Assembly (NCBI RefSeq): GCF_001194135.2
Contig: NC_068988.1
Coordinates: 92,693,930-92,741,760 of the forward strand
Direction of reading: 5' to 3'
DNA length: 47,831 nucleotides
Source: Octopus bimaculoides
Taxonomy: Eukaryota
Shown: in pieces, positions 24,030 through 36,228 of the stretch
How positions within the stretch are numbered: the first letter of the stretch is position 1
Layout of the letters: each line of letters starts with the position of its first letter
Made by a program: the position numbers and the translations under genes
The notes under the pieces: model-generated
Told to the model about the DNA's origin: nothing
The model's input: only the letters and a program-made list of their open reading frames with translations
Databases searched by the model: none

Positions 24030-25026
24030 NNNNNNNNNNNNNNNNNNNNNNNNNNNNNNNNNNNNNNNNNNNNNNNNNNNNNNNNNNNNNNNNNNNNNNN
24101 NNNNNNNNNNNNNNNNNNNNNNNNNNNNNNNNNNNNNNNNNNNNNNNNNNNNNNNNNNNNNNNNNNNNNNNNNNNNNNNNNNNNNNNNNNNNNNNNNNNN
24201 NNNNNNNNNNNNNNNNNNNNNNNNNNNNNNNNNNNNNNNNNNNNNNNNNNNNNNNNNNNNNNNNNNNNNNNNNNNNNNNNNNNNNNNNNNNNNNNNNNNN
24301 NNNNNNNNNNNNNNNNNNNNNNNNNNNNNNNNNNNNNNNNNNNNNNNNNNNNNNNNNNNNNNNNNNNNNNNNNNNNNNNNNNNNNNNNNNNNNNNNNNNN
24401 NNNNNNNNNNNNNNNNNNNNNNNNNNNNNNNNNNNNNNNNNNNNNNNNNNNNNNNNNNNNNNNNNNNNNNNNNNNNNNNNNNNNNNNNNNNNNNNNNNNN
24501 NNNNNNNNNNNNNNNNNNNNNNNNNNNNNNNNNNNNNNNNNNNNNNNNNNNNNNNNNNNNNNNNNNNNNNNNNNNNNNNNNNNNNNNNNNNNNNNNNNNN
24601 NNNNNNNNNNNNNNNNNNNNNNNNNNNNNNNNNNNNNNNNNNNNNNNNNNNNNNNNNNNNNNNNNNNNNNNNNNNNNNNNNNNNNNNNNNNNNNNNNNNN
24701 NNNNNNNNNNNNNNNNNNNNNNNNNNNNNNNNNNNNNNNNNNNNNNNNNNNNNNNNNNNNNNNNNNNNNNNNNNNNNNNNNNNNNNNNNNNNNNNNNNNN
24801 NNNNNNNNNNNNNNNNNNNNNNNNNNNNNNNNNNNNNNNNNNNNNNNNNNNNNNNNNNNNNNNNNNNNNNNNNNNNNNNNNNNNNNNNNNNNNNNNNNNN
24901 NNNNNNNNNNNNNNNNNNNNNNNNNNNNNNNNNNNNNNNNNNNNNNNNNNNNNNNNNNNNNNNNNNNNNNNNNNNNNNNNNNNNNNNNNNNNNNNNNNNN
25001 NNNNNNNNNNNNNNNNNNNNNNNNNN

Positions 25027-25520
25027 AAGTACTAAGCTTACAAAGAATAAGCCCTGCGGTCGATTCGTTCGAATAATGGCGGTGCTCCAGCATGGCTGCA
25101 GTCAAATGACTGAAACAAGTAAAAGAATAAAAGAATATATATGTGTATATATGTATATATATATACCAAGGCGTAGGCGTGGCTGTGTGGTAAGAAGCTT
25201 GTTTCCCAACCACATGGTTCCGGGTTCAGTCGCACTGCGTGGAACTTTGGGCAAGTGTCTTCTAGCCTCAGACCAACAAAGCCTTGTGAGAGGATTTGGT
25301 AGACGGAAACTGAAAGAAATCCGTCGTTTATTTATATATCTATGTGTGTGTGCGCGTGTGTCTTTGTGTCTGTGTTTGTCCACCCATTAACACTTGACAA
25401 CCGGTGCTGGTGTGTTTACGTCCTCGTTCTGGGTTCGATTTGTTCGACTAAAGCCCTTCAAGGCGGTGCTCCAGCATGGCGGCAGTCAAATGACTGAAAC
25501 AAGTAAAGGAATAAAAGAAT
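25027..25520 (+). mobile_element. Two tandem SINE type A copies
   Basis: 3' end of one copy at 25027-25136 (after the gap); second copy at 25170-25520 with an internal deletion. Confidence 0.9.
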
Positions 25521-25937
25521 ATATATATATATATATACATATACTAACATTTCCTTATACACATCGCGGTTCAAGGCAGCAAGAACAATATTTAGAAAGA
25601 TGTTGTTTACAAATACTAAACGAAAATTGATAATGTATTGTGGCATCTAGAAAGGTAAAAAAACAAGAGTAATTTATTAGAGAGCTGTGATGGAATGAAT
25701 TGAGTTTCACTGGGAGAAAAAATCTTAAACTGAATCAACGTAAGATAAATAAAGACGATAAATAAAAATCGTAAACTAAAAGATAAATAAAGACGATATG
25801 CCTCTAAAAAGCTGTCATATAGCGTTAACGTCTATTCGTTTTTTTAAAATTTTGATATACCATTTCNNNNNNNNNNNNNNNNNNNNNNNNNNNNNNNNNN
25901 NNNNNNNNNNNNNNNNNNNNNNNNNNNNNATGTGTGT

Positions 25938-26168
25938 GTGTGTATATATGACGCCATGATAGATCGCTGACCAAACCATTCAATTTTTTTCTCCAATTTT
26001 TTTTTCTCCGTGTTTTTCTCCTTGTTTTCTCCGTATTCTTTCTGTTGAAGAGCGTAGCTCGAAACGTTAAAGACTTTCTGTATTCCTGAGCGTTAAACTA
26101 ATACATCCTTTTATTGTTTACACCACCTGTCCTCGTATGTTGTTGTTTTTTTCGTAAGTTCTCCCATA
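25938..26168 (+). mobile_element. Short element carrying a hammerhead-like motif (Penelope-like LTR-type fragment)
   Basis: TA-repeat-flanked segment containing TCTTT-CTGTTGAA-GAGC-GTA-GCTC-GAAACGTT-AAAGA. The Penelope assignment is inferred from the motif. Confidence 0.5.
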
Positions 26169-26174
26169 TATACT

Positions 26175-26207
<33 letters not shown>

Positions 26208-26239
26208 CTTCATACATCGTATAACTAGCAAGTTCCTCA

Positions 26240-26800
26240 GCGTTCCAAACTGACTGCAGCTAAACCTTTTGGTCCTTTGCCAAAAGAATCTATACCAATT
26301 TTACGGAATCCTGCTTCTTTTCACTTCTAAAGCATGTTGGTTCCGACAATATTACCGTCATAGAGAATGACACATATTTGCCGCCACTGATTACTGAGGA
26401 ATTCTCCTGACGATCTCTTCACTAAGTTCAAGAGACACCTACAATAGAGTGTTACTCTCGTACATGAGACGGTGATGCTGTTGCATACACTGATATCTTA
26501 AATAACAATTTTAAAAAATCCATCAAATTGATTAGTACTCACCGTTCTGATTAGCATTAACTGTTATTCTCCAACCCCTAGCCTGTAGATGTGCTGCTCC
26601 TCAGCCTATCTTTGTAATGATACTACAGTAACTTCGGCATGAAAATCACTCGTGATTTGGTGAACTCTCTTCTTCTCGTGATCCAAATTATGTCGTCTTA
26701 TACAAACCTCTTACAAACTAAGTCGCCCAGTTTTTTCTCTCCTCAACGTCAACCCTTAAAAATTCGTTCCCTGCCTGTTTTTCCTGCTGTTATGAATTTA
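26240..26800 (+). pseudogene. Possible very old CR1/jockey-like LINE remnant
   Basis: TFWSFAKRIYTNFTESCFFSLLK resembles the pre-RT 'FWSLAK...SSFPPL' region; no RT motif was recovered. Confidence 0.3.
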
Positions 26801-26939
26801 CAGCTTCGTCGATTTCACTAGATTCGATGAAGATGCTATTTTGGTCATATACACAATAGCTTCATCAAAATCAAACCAATAATCATAAAAATATAAAACG
26901 TTAGACTCGGTGTGTTCATTGATTCACAAGTTGATATCA

Positions 26940-27165
26940 TAATGGCCAATACAACATTCTTTCAAGTATGTTACCTATCTGGTCAATATTGTAGTAGACT
27001 TGAAGGTGGAGTTTATGATTGGAGAAACGGTCTTTAAAGCTCTCTTTGTTCATACCAATATAATATTTTTTGTTTCTGTGTACCTCTTGAGATTTTAACA
27101 TCACTTCAAAGAATCTAGGCTTCCCAGATACAATCTGACTAGCCCTTCGAAGACTACCCATTATT
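26940..27165 (-). pseudogene. Penelope-like GIY-YIG endonuclease fragment
   Basis: KKYYIGMNKESFKDRFSNHK resembles the YIG-x-T-x-x-x-FK-x-R-x-x-NH segment of PLE endonucleases. Confidence 0.65.
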
Positions 27166-27195
27166 GCGCTGCCGATATTTTTTTATACAGCTATA

Positions 27196-27594
27196 GGCGC
27201 AGGAGTGGCTGTGTGGTAAGTAGCTTGCTTACCAACCACATGGTTCCGGGTTCAGTCCCACTGCGTGGCACTTTGGGCAAGCATCTTCTACTATAGCCTC
27301 GGGCCAACCAAAGCCTTGTGAATGGATTTGGTAGACGGAAACTGAAAGAAGGCCTTCGTATATATGTATATGTATATGTATATGTCTGTGTATTTGTGTG
27401 TCTGTGTGTGTGTCCCCACCATCGCTTGACAACCGATGCTGGTGTGTTTACGCCCACGTAACTTAACTGTTCGGCAAAAGAGACCGATAGAATAAGTACT
27501 AGGCTTACAAAGAATAAGTCCTACGGTCGATTTGCTCGACTAAAGGCGGTGCTCCAGCATGGCCACAGTCAAATGACTGAAACAAGTAAAAGAG
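27196..27594 (+). mobile_element. SINE type A, full-length reference copy
   Basis: A box TGGCTGTGTGG 27206-27216, B box GGTTCAGTCCC 27249-27259, internal (TA/TG) tract, tail AAACAAGTAAAAGAG. Confidence 0.97.
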
Positions 27595-28502
27595 TATAAC
27601 TGACTTTTGTGAAACAGTCTGTGATATTTATTATTAATTGGGAAGTAATTTTAATTAGAGCTAAGAAATTCTGATTGTATTTGATTTACATTTTTTACAG
27701 AAGTGGGGATTCAACTGAATGATATATTTACTATGGTTGTTTCTTTGTTATTCCTGTTTGGGCCAGTAACTGATTTTCCCTCACACCTTTTATCACACTT
27801 TTCAGGTAAGGAATTATTGTAATAAAGGGCGTTATTGACGACTGTCCTTTATGTGAATATATTAGTTATACTTCTACTTATAACAGTTACTATATTGTTT
27901 AATATATTGGAATGGAGGTTAAGATCTTTACGTACATAGTCTCGTTTGGCTTTTCATATGGCTGATACATACCTGCTTCGGGTCTAATATCATATAACGG
28001 AAGTTAACTACGCCTATATCGGTAGTGATATTAATGCTGAAATCCTTGAATTCATATACCTACCTTACGTATGACCGTGTTGTATGAAACTGCAAGGCAA
28101 TCCACCACTACTATATAATCCCATATCTAGGGTTTCAATTTTGTTTTTAGCGTATCTAGGATATATAATACGACCAGCACACATACTTCGACTCTGTCGT
28201 ACCCACCTATGTTGATATCAAGTTAGAAACTGCTGCTTTAATCTATAAAAAAATAAAATCAGAAATTTCTTAGCATATATTAATAGCTCAACATCGTTAC
28301 TATCTTGGTGTTACGTTTCTTGCCGAGTATTAGGGTCACGGCGAGGAAGGGCTTTTGGAAACTGACGTGTAGAACATTGCATCTATTTTTGTCCTTGATG
28401 CTATAGAACGAATTACAGCATTTCTTTATTTCTTTCTCTCTTTCTTTCTTTGTTTCTTTGTTTCTGATAAAGCAATCTTTTCTTACGTATATTGTCTTAA
28501 GG

Positions 28503-28851
28503 TAGTGGTTCTCAACCGGGGTCCATATGGCTCCTGAGCGTCCATAGTAGATTTTTGGGGGTCCACGCAACAAAATAGTAAATTGGGTATCCACAATAGT
28601 ATTTTAAGGGCCACTGAAAAAATTTCGCTGAAGATATATGTACTGGTATGTATTGCAAGAAACTGCTTGGTTTCTTTCTCTGACATTTTACATAGATCAA
28701 CCTACATCAATTAATGTGTGGAAAACAGACAACGACGGTTCTATAAAACTAATTTTAAACATCATATGGCTATGAAGGTCTACTCGAATAAAATAATAAT
28801 CAAAGGGGTCCATATGTAAAAAAGAAAAAAAAAAAGGCATGAGAACCCCTG
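28503..28851. mobile_element. hAT MITE, uninterrupted relative of 991-1926 in the opposite orientation
   Basis: Ends TAGTGGTTCTCAACC and GCATGAGAACCCCTG; the body is the reverse complement of 1605-1926. The TSD is not preserved. Confidence 0.85.
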
Positions 28852-29335
28852 ACAGTTATTTTATTAACACTGAACGAAACTGAACATAACGCGTTGAGAA
28901 ACGAAATTGAAAGCCGTTCAGTCCGTTTGACTATTACTACCGTCATTTAACCACCATTTGATTCGTTGGGTACCTGATGTTGTGTTTGAATTGGTAGAAT
29001 CATTAGCGCTTACATACATATATATATATTATGTATAATATATATATATATANNNNNNNNNNNNNNNNNNNNNNNNNNNNNNNNNNNNNNNNNNNNNNNN
29101 NNNNNNNNNNNNNNNNNNNNNNNNNNNNNNNNNNNNNNNNNNNNNNNNNNNNNNNNNNNNNNNNNNNNNNNNNNNNNNNNNNNNNNNNNNNNNNNNNNNN
29201 NNNNNNNNNNNNNNNNNNNNNNNNNNNNNNNNNNNNNNNNNNNNNNNNNNNNNNNNNNNNNNNNNNNNNNNNNNNNNNNNNNNNNNNNNNNNNNNNNNNN
29301 NNNNNNNNNNNNNNNNNNNNNNNNNNNNNNNNNNN

Positions 29336-29375
<40 letters not shown>

Positions 29376-29964
29376 TATGTATAATATATATATATATATG
29401 TTTACACACACACTCTCACTCACATACATATTTTCTCTCCTGCAAATAAAAACGCTTGTGTACCATTAATCTTTATTTTAAAGCACTTTGCAGAATTATG
29501 GTAAAGAAACATACATAGACAAAATATATCTATGTTAATCGATATACATGATGTTATGTACATAATTGCATATACGAACCTGGCTCTGTTTCACAGCGGC
29601 TCCTGACGGAACACACATTACTGATGTCTATTTAAAAGATAAATAGCAATATATCGATATATTTCTGTTCAGTTTTGTGTACCGTACAGTATGAGATACA
29701 ACCACTCGAGGGCTGACGTTGCGGTAGTTTTGCTCCTTGGTTTGTTCCCATTTAAGAAGTCCTGAACAACACCACATCCTATTGAATGACCCGTAAAATT
29801 CTCCCTTCCACTACTTATCTGTCGTGTAGAAAAGAATCTCCACGCATTTGTGTCCAGTTATTTAGAAGACTTGAGGAAGACAAGTGAGGTTCATCTATTT
29901 GGAATCACGTTAAAGCAAAATAAAAAACAATGAGACCTTTTAGTATAAAGCTATTTGAAAGCAT

Positions 29965-30165
29965 CATCGGAACGACAAAGACGTCGGCGACCACCAACAC
30001 CACCACCACCAACACCAGCAGCACCAGCAGCACCAGCAGCACCAGCACCACAACCACCACCATTACCATCATCACTGCCACAGCCGCCGCCGTTACCAAC
30101 ACCACCATACTCACCTTTGTCAACAACACCGTCACCATGCCGTCGACGGCACCCATCATTTCTCG
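29965..30165 (+). repeat. (CAC/CAG)n low-complexity tract
   Basis: Degenerate trinucleotide repeats giving Thr/Pro/Val-rich ORFs. Confidence 0.8.
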
Positions 30166-30675
30166 ATAGATGTGCGTTTCTGGTTTTTTTTGTGGGGTTT
30201 CGTCGGAGGCCGCATGTTTGAACTGGAGCTCTCGTCGCTGGTGCTGGAGTGCAATGATTGGAAATCTTATATTTTCCTGGTATTGAACTCTGTGCGTTAA
30301 TCAATGATGCTATTTCAGAACAAATACTGAAGTTAATTTGGCTTTCCGTGATGTATCTGCATTATGTATGATATACAAATTGAAATATATATATATACAT
30401 TTCTAAACAAAATTAAGGGATCAGCAAACAGGTTGCTTCACCACATACCGAAGTTCAGAAATAGCAGCTAAAAATGCTGAAACTCCAACAGATAGCAGTT
30501 ACCCGCAACTCACGTAGGCAAAACAAGAAGAAAAATAACGAACTAAACTAGCCATAGTTAATCAGACATGTTTCTGGTTTAGGAGCATAAAAACTCTTCA
30601 TTACCTCATCGGTATGATATTCCTGTTGTAAATTCGACGATACTGGCAAATGTGCATGCATGATCTAGCGCCATC

Positions 30676-30985
30676 AGGCGCGTGGCTTACTAGTTAGAGT
30701 ATTCGGCTCACGATCGTAAGGTCGTGAGTTCAAATCCTAGCGACACGTTGTATCCTTGAGCAAGACACTTTATTTCACATTGATCCAGTTCACTGAGTTG
30801 GCAAAAATGAGTAGTACCTGTATTTCAAAGGGCCAGTTTTATCACGCTGAATTTCCCTTAGCAGGATGTTTAGGGTACACGTGTCTGTGAAGTGCTCGGC
30901 CACATGCACGACAATTTCACGAGCAGGCTGTTTTGTTGATCGGACCAACTGCAACACTCGTCGTCGTAACCGACGGAGTACCATT
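30676..30985 (+). mobile_element. Chimeric SINE: C-type head and CORE-like domain + B-type tail
   Basis: 30676-30812 aligns with 3571-3717; 30813-30985 aligns with about 8190-8370. Confidence 0.88.
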
Positions 30986-31696
30986 AAGNNNNNNNNNNNN
31001 NNNNNNNNNNNNNNNNNNNNNNNNNNNNNNNNNNNNNNNNNNNNNNNNNNNNNNNNNNNNNNNNNNNNNNNNNNNNNNNNNNNNNNNNNNNNNNNNNNNN
31101 NNNNNNNNNNNNNNNNNNNNNNNNNNNNNNNNNNNNNNNNNNNNNNNNNNNNNNNNNNNNNNNNNNNNNNNNNNNNNNNNNNNNNNNNNNNNNNNNNNNN
31201 NNNNNNNNNNNNNNNNNNNNNNNNNNNNNNNNNNNNNNNNNNNNNNNNNNNNNNNNNNNNNNNNNNNNNNNNNNNNNNNNNNNNNNNNNNNNNNNNNNNN
31301 NNNNNNNNNNNNNNNNNNNNNNNNNNNNNNNNNNNNNNNNNNNNNNNNNNNNNNNNNNNNNNATGCATATATGAAAGAACAGAACATTCAGAACGTGTCC
31401 AGGAGTTTAAATATACGCTTAAATAGCTAGCTTTTAGAATCATATACCTTGGAGTTTGACAGACAACACACTTTTACCTCAAAGAAAAATAAAGAGAAAT
31501 TAGTCTGATTGCTCGGACACTTATTTCCTAGAAATGTCCGAAATACGTGAATTACTGTGTGTATATGCGTGTATGTGTGTGTGTGTGTATGTATGTCTGT
31601 GTGTGTGTGAGTGTGTGTGTGTGTGTGTGCGTGTGTGTGTGTGTGTGTGATTGTGTATCTATGTGTGTATTTACCACATGGGGTACATGTGAGGTA

Positions 31697-31732
<36 letters not shown>

Positions 31733-32667
31733 NNNNNNNNNNNNNNNNNNNNNNNNNNNNNNNNNNNNNNNNNNNNNNNNNNNNNNNNNNNNNNNNNNNN
31801 NNNNNNNNNNNNNNNNNNNNNNNNNNNNNNNNNNNNNNNNNNNNNNNNNNNNNNNNNNNNNNNNNNNNNNNNNNNNNNNNNNNNNNNNNNNNNNNNNNNN
31901 NNNNNNNNNNNNNNNNNNNNNNNNNNNNNNNNNNNNNNNNNNNNNNNNNNNNNNNNNNNNNNNNNNNNNNNNNNNNNNNNNNNNNNNNNNNNNNNNNNNN
32001 NNNNNNNNNNNNNNNNNNNNNNNNNNNNNNNNNNNNNNNNNNNNNNNNNNNNNNNNNNNNNNNNNNNNNNNNNNNNNNNNNNNNNNNNNNNNNNNNNNNN
32101 NNNNNNNNNNNNNNNNNNNNNNNNNNNNNNNNNNNNNNNNNNNNNNNNNNNNNNNNNNNNNNNNNNNNNNNNNNNNNNNNNNNNNNNNNNNNNNNNNNNN
32201 NNNNNNNNNNNNNNNNNNNNNNNNNNNNNNNNNNNNNNNNNNNNNNNNNNNNNNNNNNNNNNNNNNNNNNNNNNNNNNNNNNNNNNNNNNNNNNNNNNNN
32301 NNNNNNNNNNNNNNNNNNNNNNNNNNNNNNNNNNNNNNNNNNNNNNNNNNNNNNNNNNNNNNNNNNNNNNNNNNNNNNNNNNNNNNNNNNNNNNNNNNNN
32401 NNNNNNNNNNNNNNNNNNNNNNNNNNNNNNNNNNNNNNNNNNNNNNNNNNNNNNNNNNNNNNNNNNNNNNNNNNNNNNNNNNNNNNNNNNNNNNNNNNNN
32501 NNNNNNNNNNNNNNNNNNNNNNNNNNNNNNNNNNNNNNNNNNNNNNNNNNNNNNNNNNNNNNNNNNNNNNNNNNNNNNNNNNNNNNNNNNNNNNNTATAT
32601 ATATACACATACACACATGCACACATGTATATATACATATACATGGATACATGCATACACACAGATA

Positions 32668-32702
<35 letters not shown>

Positions 32703-33132
32703 TTATACATAAATATGTAAATACACACACATACACACACACACACTCACATACACACTAACGTATATACACACGCACATACGCACTCACACACACACGC
32801 ACACACACACATATATGCGTATATATGTATGTATGTTTACAAATATGTACACGCACATACATACAGACTGAGAAAGAGATTATCACGTGTCAGGGCACTT
32901 GTGTGGTAACGTAAAATACTTCCCGCTATTTGCTAATCAGGCCAAAAGAACTATATTAGTTGTTGTTTAACGCCACGTCGACACTAATTGAGCTGAGCAA
33001 TGATCAGGTGCATTTCAACCGTGGCCAATCCATTTTTTCCCGATGTACTGGTAACCTAAGACCACTTTATCCAATGTATCCTCTTCTAGGGTAGCTGGGT
33101 AGTGAAACAGTGCCGACTTTCGCTGTGGTATA

Positions 33133-33178
<46 letters not shown>

Positions 33179-33942
33179 NNNNNNNNNNNNNNNNNNNNNN
33201 NNNNNNNNNNNNNNNNNNNNNNNNNNNNNNNNNNNNNNNNNNNNNNNNNNNNNNNNNNNNNNNNNNNNNNNNNNNNNNNNNNNNNNNNNNNNNNNNNNNN
33301 NNNNNNNNNNNNNNNNNNNNNNNNNNNNNNNNNNNNNNNNNNNNNNNNNNNNNNNNNNNNNNNNNNNNNNNNNNNNNNNNNNNNNNNNNNNNNNNNNNNN
33401 NNNNNNNNNNNNNNNNNNNNNNNNNNNNNNNNNNNNNNNNNNNNNNNNNNNNNNNNNNNNNNNNNNNNNNNNNNNNNNNNNNNNNNNNNNNNNNNNNNNN
33501 NNNNNNNNNNNNNNNNNNNNNNNNNNNNNNNNNNNNNNNNNNNNNNNNNNNNNNNNNNNNNNNNNNNNNNNNNNNNNNNNNNNNNNNNNNNNNNNNNNNN
33601 NNNNNNNNNNNNNNNNNNNNNNNNNNNNNNNNNNNNNNNNNNNNNNNNNNNNNNNNNNNNNNNNNNNNNNNNNNNNNNNNNNNNNNNNNNNNNNNNNNNN
33701 NNNNNNNNNNNNNNNNNNNNNNNNNNNNNNNNNNNNNNNNNNNNNNNNNNNNNNNNNNNNNNNNNNNNNNNNNNNNNNNNNNNNNNNNNNNNNNNNNNNN
33801 NNNNNNNNNNNNNNNNNNNNNNNNNNNNNNNNNNNNNNNNNNNNNNNNNNNNNNNNNNNNNNNNNNNNNNNNNNNNNNNNNNNNNNNNNNNNNNNNNNNN
33901 NNNNNNNNNNNNNNNNNNNNNNNNNNNNNNNNNNNNNNNNNN

Positions 33943-34220
33943 CCGAACCGCTAAGTTACGGGGACGTAAACACACCTGCATCGGTTGTCAAGCGATGTTG
34001 GGGGGACAAACACAGACACACAAACATATACACACACATATATATATATACATATACACATATATACGACGGGCTTCTTTCAGTTTCCGTCTACCAAATC
34101 CACTCACAAGGCTTTGGTCTGCCCGAGGCTATAGTAGAAGACACTTGCCCAAGATGCCATGCAGTGGGAATGAACCCGGAACCATTTGGTTGGTAAGCAA
34201 GCTACTTACCACACAGCCTA
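33943..34220 (-). mobile_element. SINE type A (3' end in gap)
   Basis: Alignment to 27196-27480. Confidence 0.92.
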
Positions 34221-34365
34221 ACTATAGAGCACATATTATTTATAGATTTTAATGACTTGTAGGCACACGGTATTTCGTTATGCAACCATAATATGCTACA
34301 AAGTATATTAAACGTTTTTATAGGTATGACAATACCGTGTACTACTGTGTTAACAGTGCACTTAA

Positions 34366-34666
34366 ATCACGTGTTAAGGTCATTTCTACAGATTTTCTAT
34401 ACAAATTATAGCCAGCACTGATTTTGTTATGACGTTTCGTATTCGAAGTGTCAGATGTAAACAAACAATGACATCGAAAATGAAAAAGTTGGTAATGGGA
34501 GTATATGCCATATTTCGGGAGTTTTTGCTCCTTCATAAACGCATTATTTCATCTTCAGTCTCATTGTTTGTTTACATCTGACATCTCGGATACGAAACGC
34601 GATAACAAAATCAGTGCTGGCTATAATTTGTATAGGAAATCTGTAGAGAAGACCTTGACACGTGAT
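34366..34666. repeat. 106-bp inverted repeat with 89-bp spacer (fold-back MITE-like)
   Basis: Arms 34366-34471 and 34561-34666; 9 mismatches by manual alignment. Confidence 0.95.
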
Positions 34667-34768
34667 TATTTATAGAGAACTTGTTCACTCTGGAGCCCGT
34701 TAACATTAGCGTTATGTCATCTATGGCGATATACTGGTTTCAAATTTTGGCACCAAAAGTGAACTGTA

Positions 34769-34807
<39 letters not shown>

Positions 34808-35086
34808 GAGTATATGCATATATATGTACATGCATGTACATACCTTCATCTACATGTACATATAGATGCATATCTGGGTACATGACGTCGCAAAAAAACA
34901 TGGACAAAATGATAAACAATGTACAAAACACACACAGGCCACATAGAGAACATTTCCTTCATCAGCTGCCTCCATTCTAACACTGGCGTTTCGAAGAGTT
35001 AGGGCAGGACGCATCGTTAAAATGGCTATATATNNNNNNNNNNNNNNNNNNNNNNNNNNNNNNNNNNNNNNNNNNNNNNNNNNTCA

Positions 35087-35327
35087 CCTTCTTTTATTCT
35101 TTTACTTGTTTCGATCATTTGACTGCGGGCATGCTGGAGCACCGCCTTCAGTAGAACAAATTAACCCCAGGACTTATTCTTTGTAAGCCTAGTACTTATT
35201 CTAGCGGTTTTTTGCCCATAACTAAGTCACGGGGACGTAAACACGCCAACATCGGCTGTCAAGCAGTGGTGGGGGGACAAACACAGACATACACACAAAT
35301 ATACACACATACGTACATGCATACATA

Positions 35328-35393
<66 letters not shown>

Positions 35394-35495
35394 GACGGGC
35401 TTCTTTTAGTTTCCGCCTGCCAAATCTCCTTACAAGACGTTGTTTGGCCCGAAGCTATAGTAGGGGACACTTGCCCAAGGGGTCACGCGTGGAGT
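35087..35495 (-). mobile_element. SINE type A lacking most of the head
   Basis: Tail, microsatellite and middle align to the type-A consensus. Confidence 0.9.
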
Positions 35496-35780
35496 GCATG
35501 TGATCGGTAGGGTGTATGTGTTATCAGTGAGGTGTATGTTAGAAGTGTGATATTTTTTAACTGTTGGGTGCATATTTGCGTTGGATAGTTTTAACCGTTT
35601 TAGCAGCATTATAGGCCGCCCCCAGCAAATCAATGCACTGGGCTCTATAATATTTATTTATCGAAAAAAAAAAAAGCCACAGTATACAGCGATCAGGATT
35701 AGGCCCCGTAGCCCTATGAGGACACCAGGGTGACTGCTCTGTGTACCTATGCCTTAAGACCACACTAACATTTATTGTGA

Positions 35781-35945
35781 CGTATATGTTAACAATGGTG
35801 ATGTGTCAGCGTAGGTACATGTTAACCGTAGGGTACATGCTAACCGTAAAGTATATGTTAACAGTAAGTCAGTTTTAGGGTATAATGTTAACTAGGAGAA
35901 ACGAGTTAACTGTCGTTTATAGATATGTTAACTGTGTGTATATGT
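35781..35945 (+). repeat. Degenerate ~18-bp minisatellite
   Basis: GTACATGTTAACCGTAGG-like units at 35815, 35833 and 35851, plus decayed flanking units. Confidence 0.75.
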
Positions 35946-36007
35946 GAATTATGGGTTAAAAGTTAGGTGCAGAGAATCATTTAAAAATTAACATTTCAGT
36001 GGAGTTG

Positions 36008-36228
36008 GAGGCAAGCGAGCTGGAAGAATCGTAAGCACATCGGGCAAAATGCTTAGCGACATTTCATCTGTTTTTACGATCTGAGTTCAAATTCTCCCGA
36101 GGTCGACTGTACCGTTCAGCCTTCTGGGGTTGATAAAATAAGTACTAGTTGAGTACTGGAGTCGATGTAATCGACTTACACCCTCCCCAGAAATTGTTGG
36201 CCTTGTGCCAAAATTTGAGAGTAATATC
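36008..36228 (+). mobile_element. SINE type D
   Basis: Full alignment to the other D copies. Confidence 0.9.

Noticed and set aside
26588-26641. Acceptor followed by MCCSSAYLCN, like a Ly6/three-finger CCxxxxCN exon
   Set aside because: The spacing is atypical, a stop follows quickly, no upstream Cys-rich exons were seen, and the region looks like a LINE remnant.
29930-30169. Thr/Ser-rich mucin-like ORF
   Set aside because: It is fully explained by degenerate CAC/CAG repeats and has no signal peptide or splice context.
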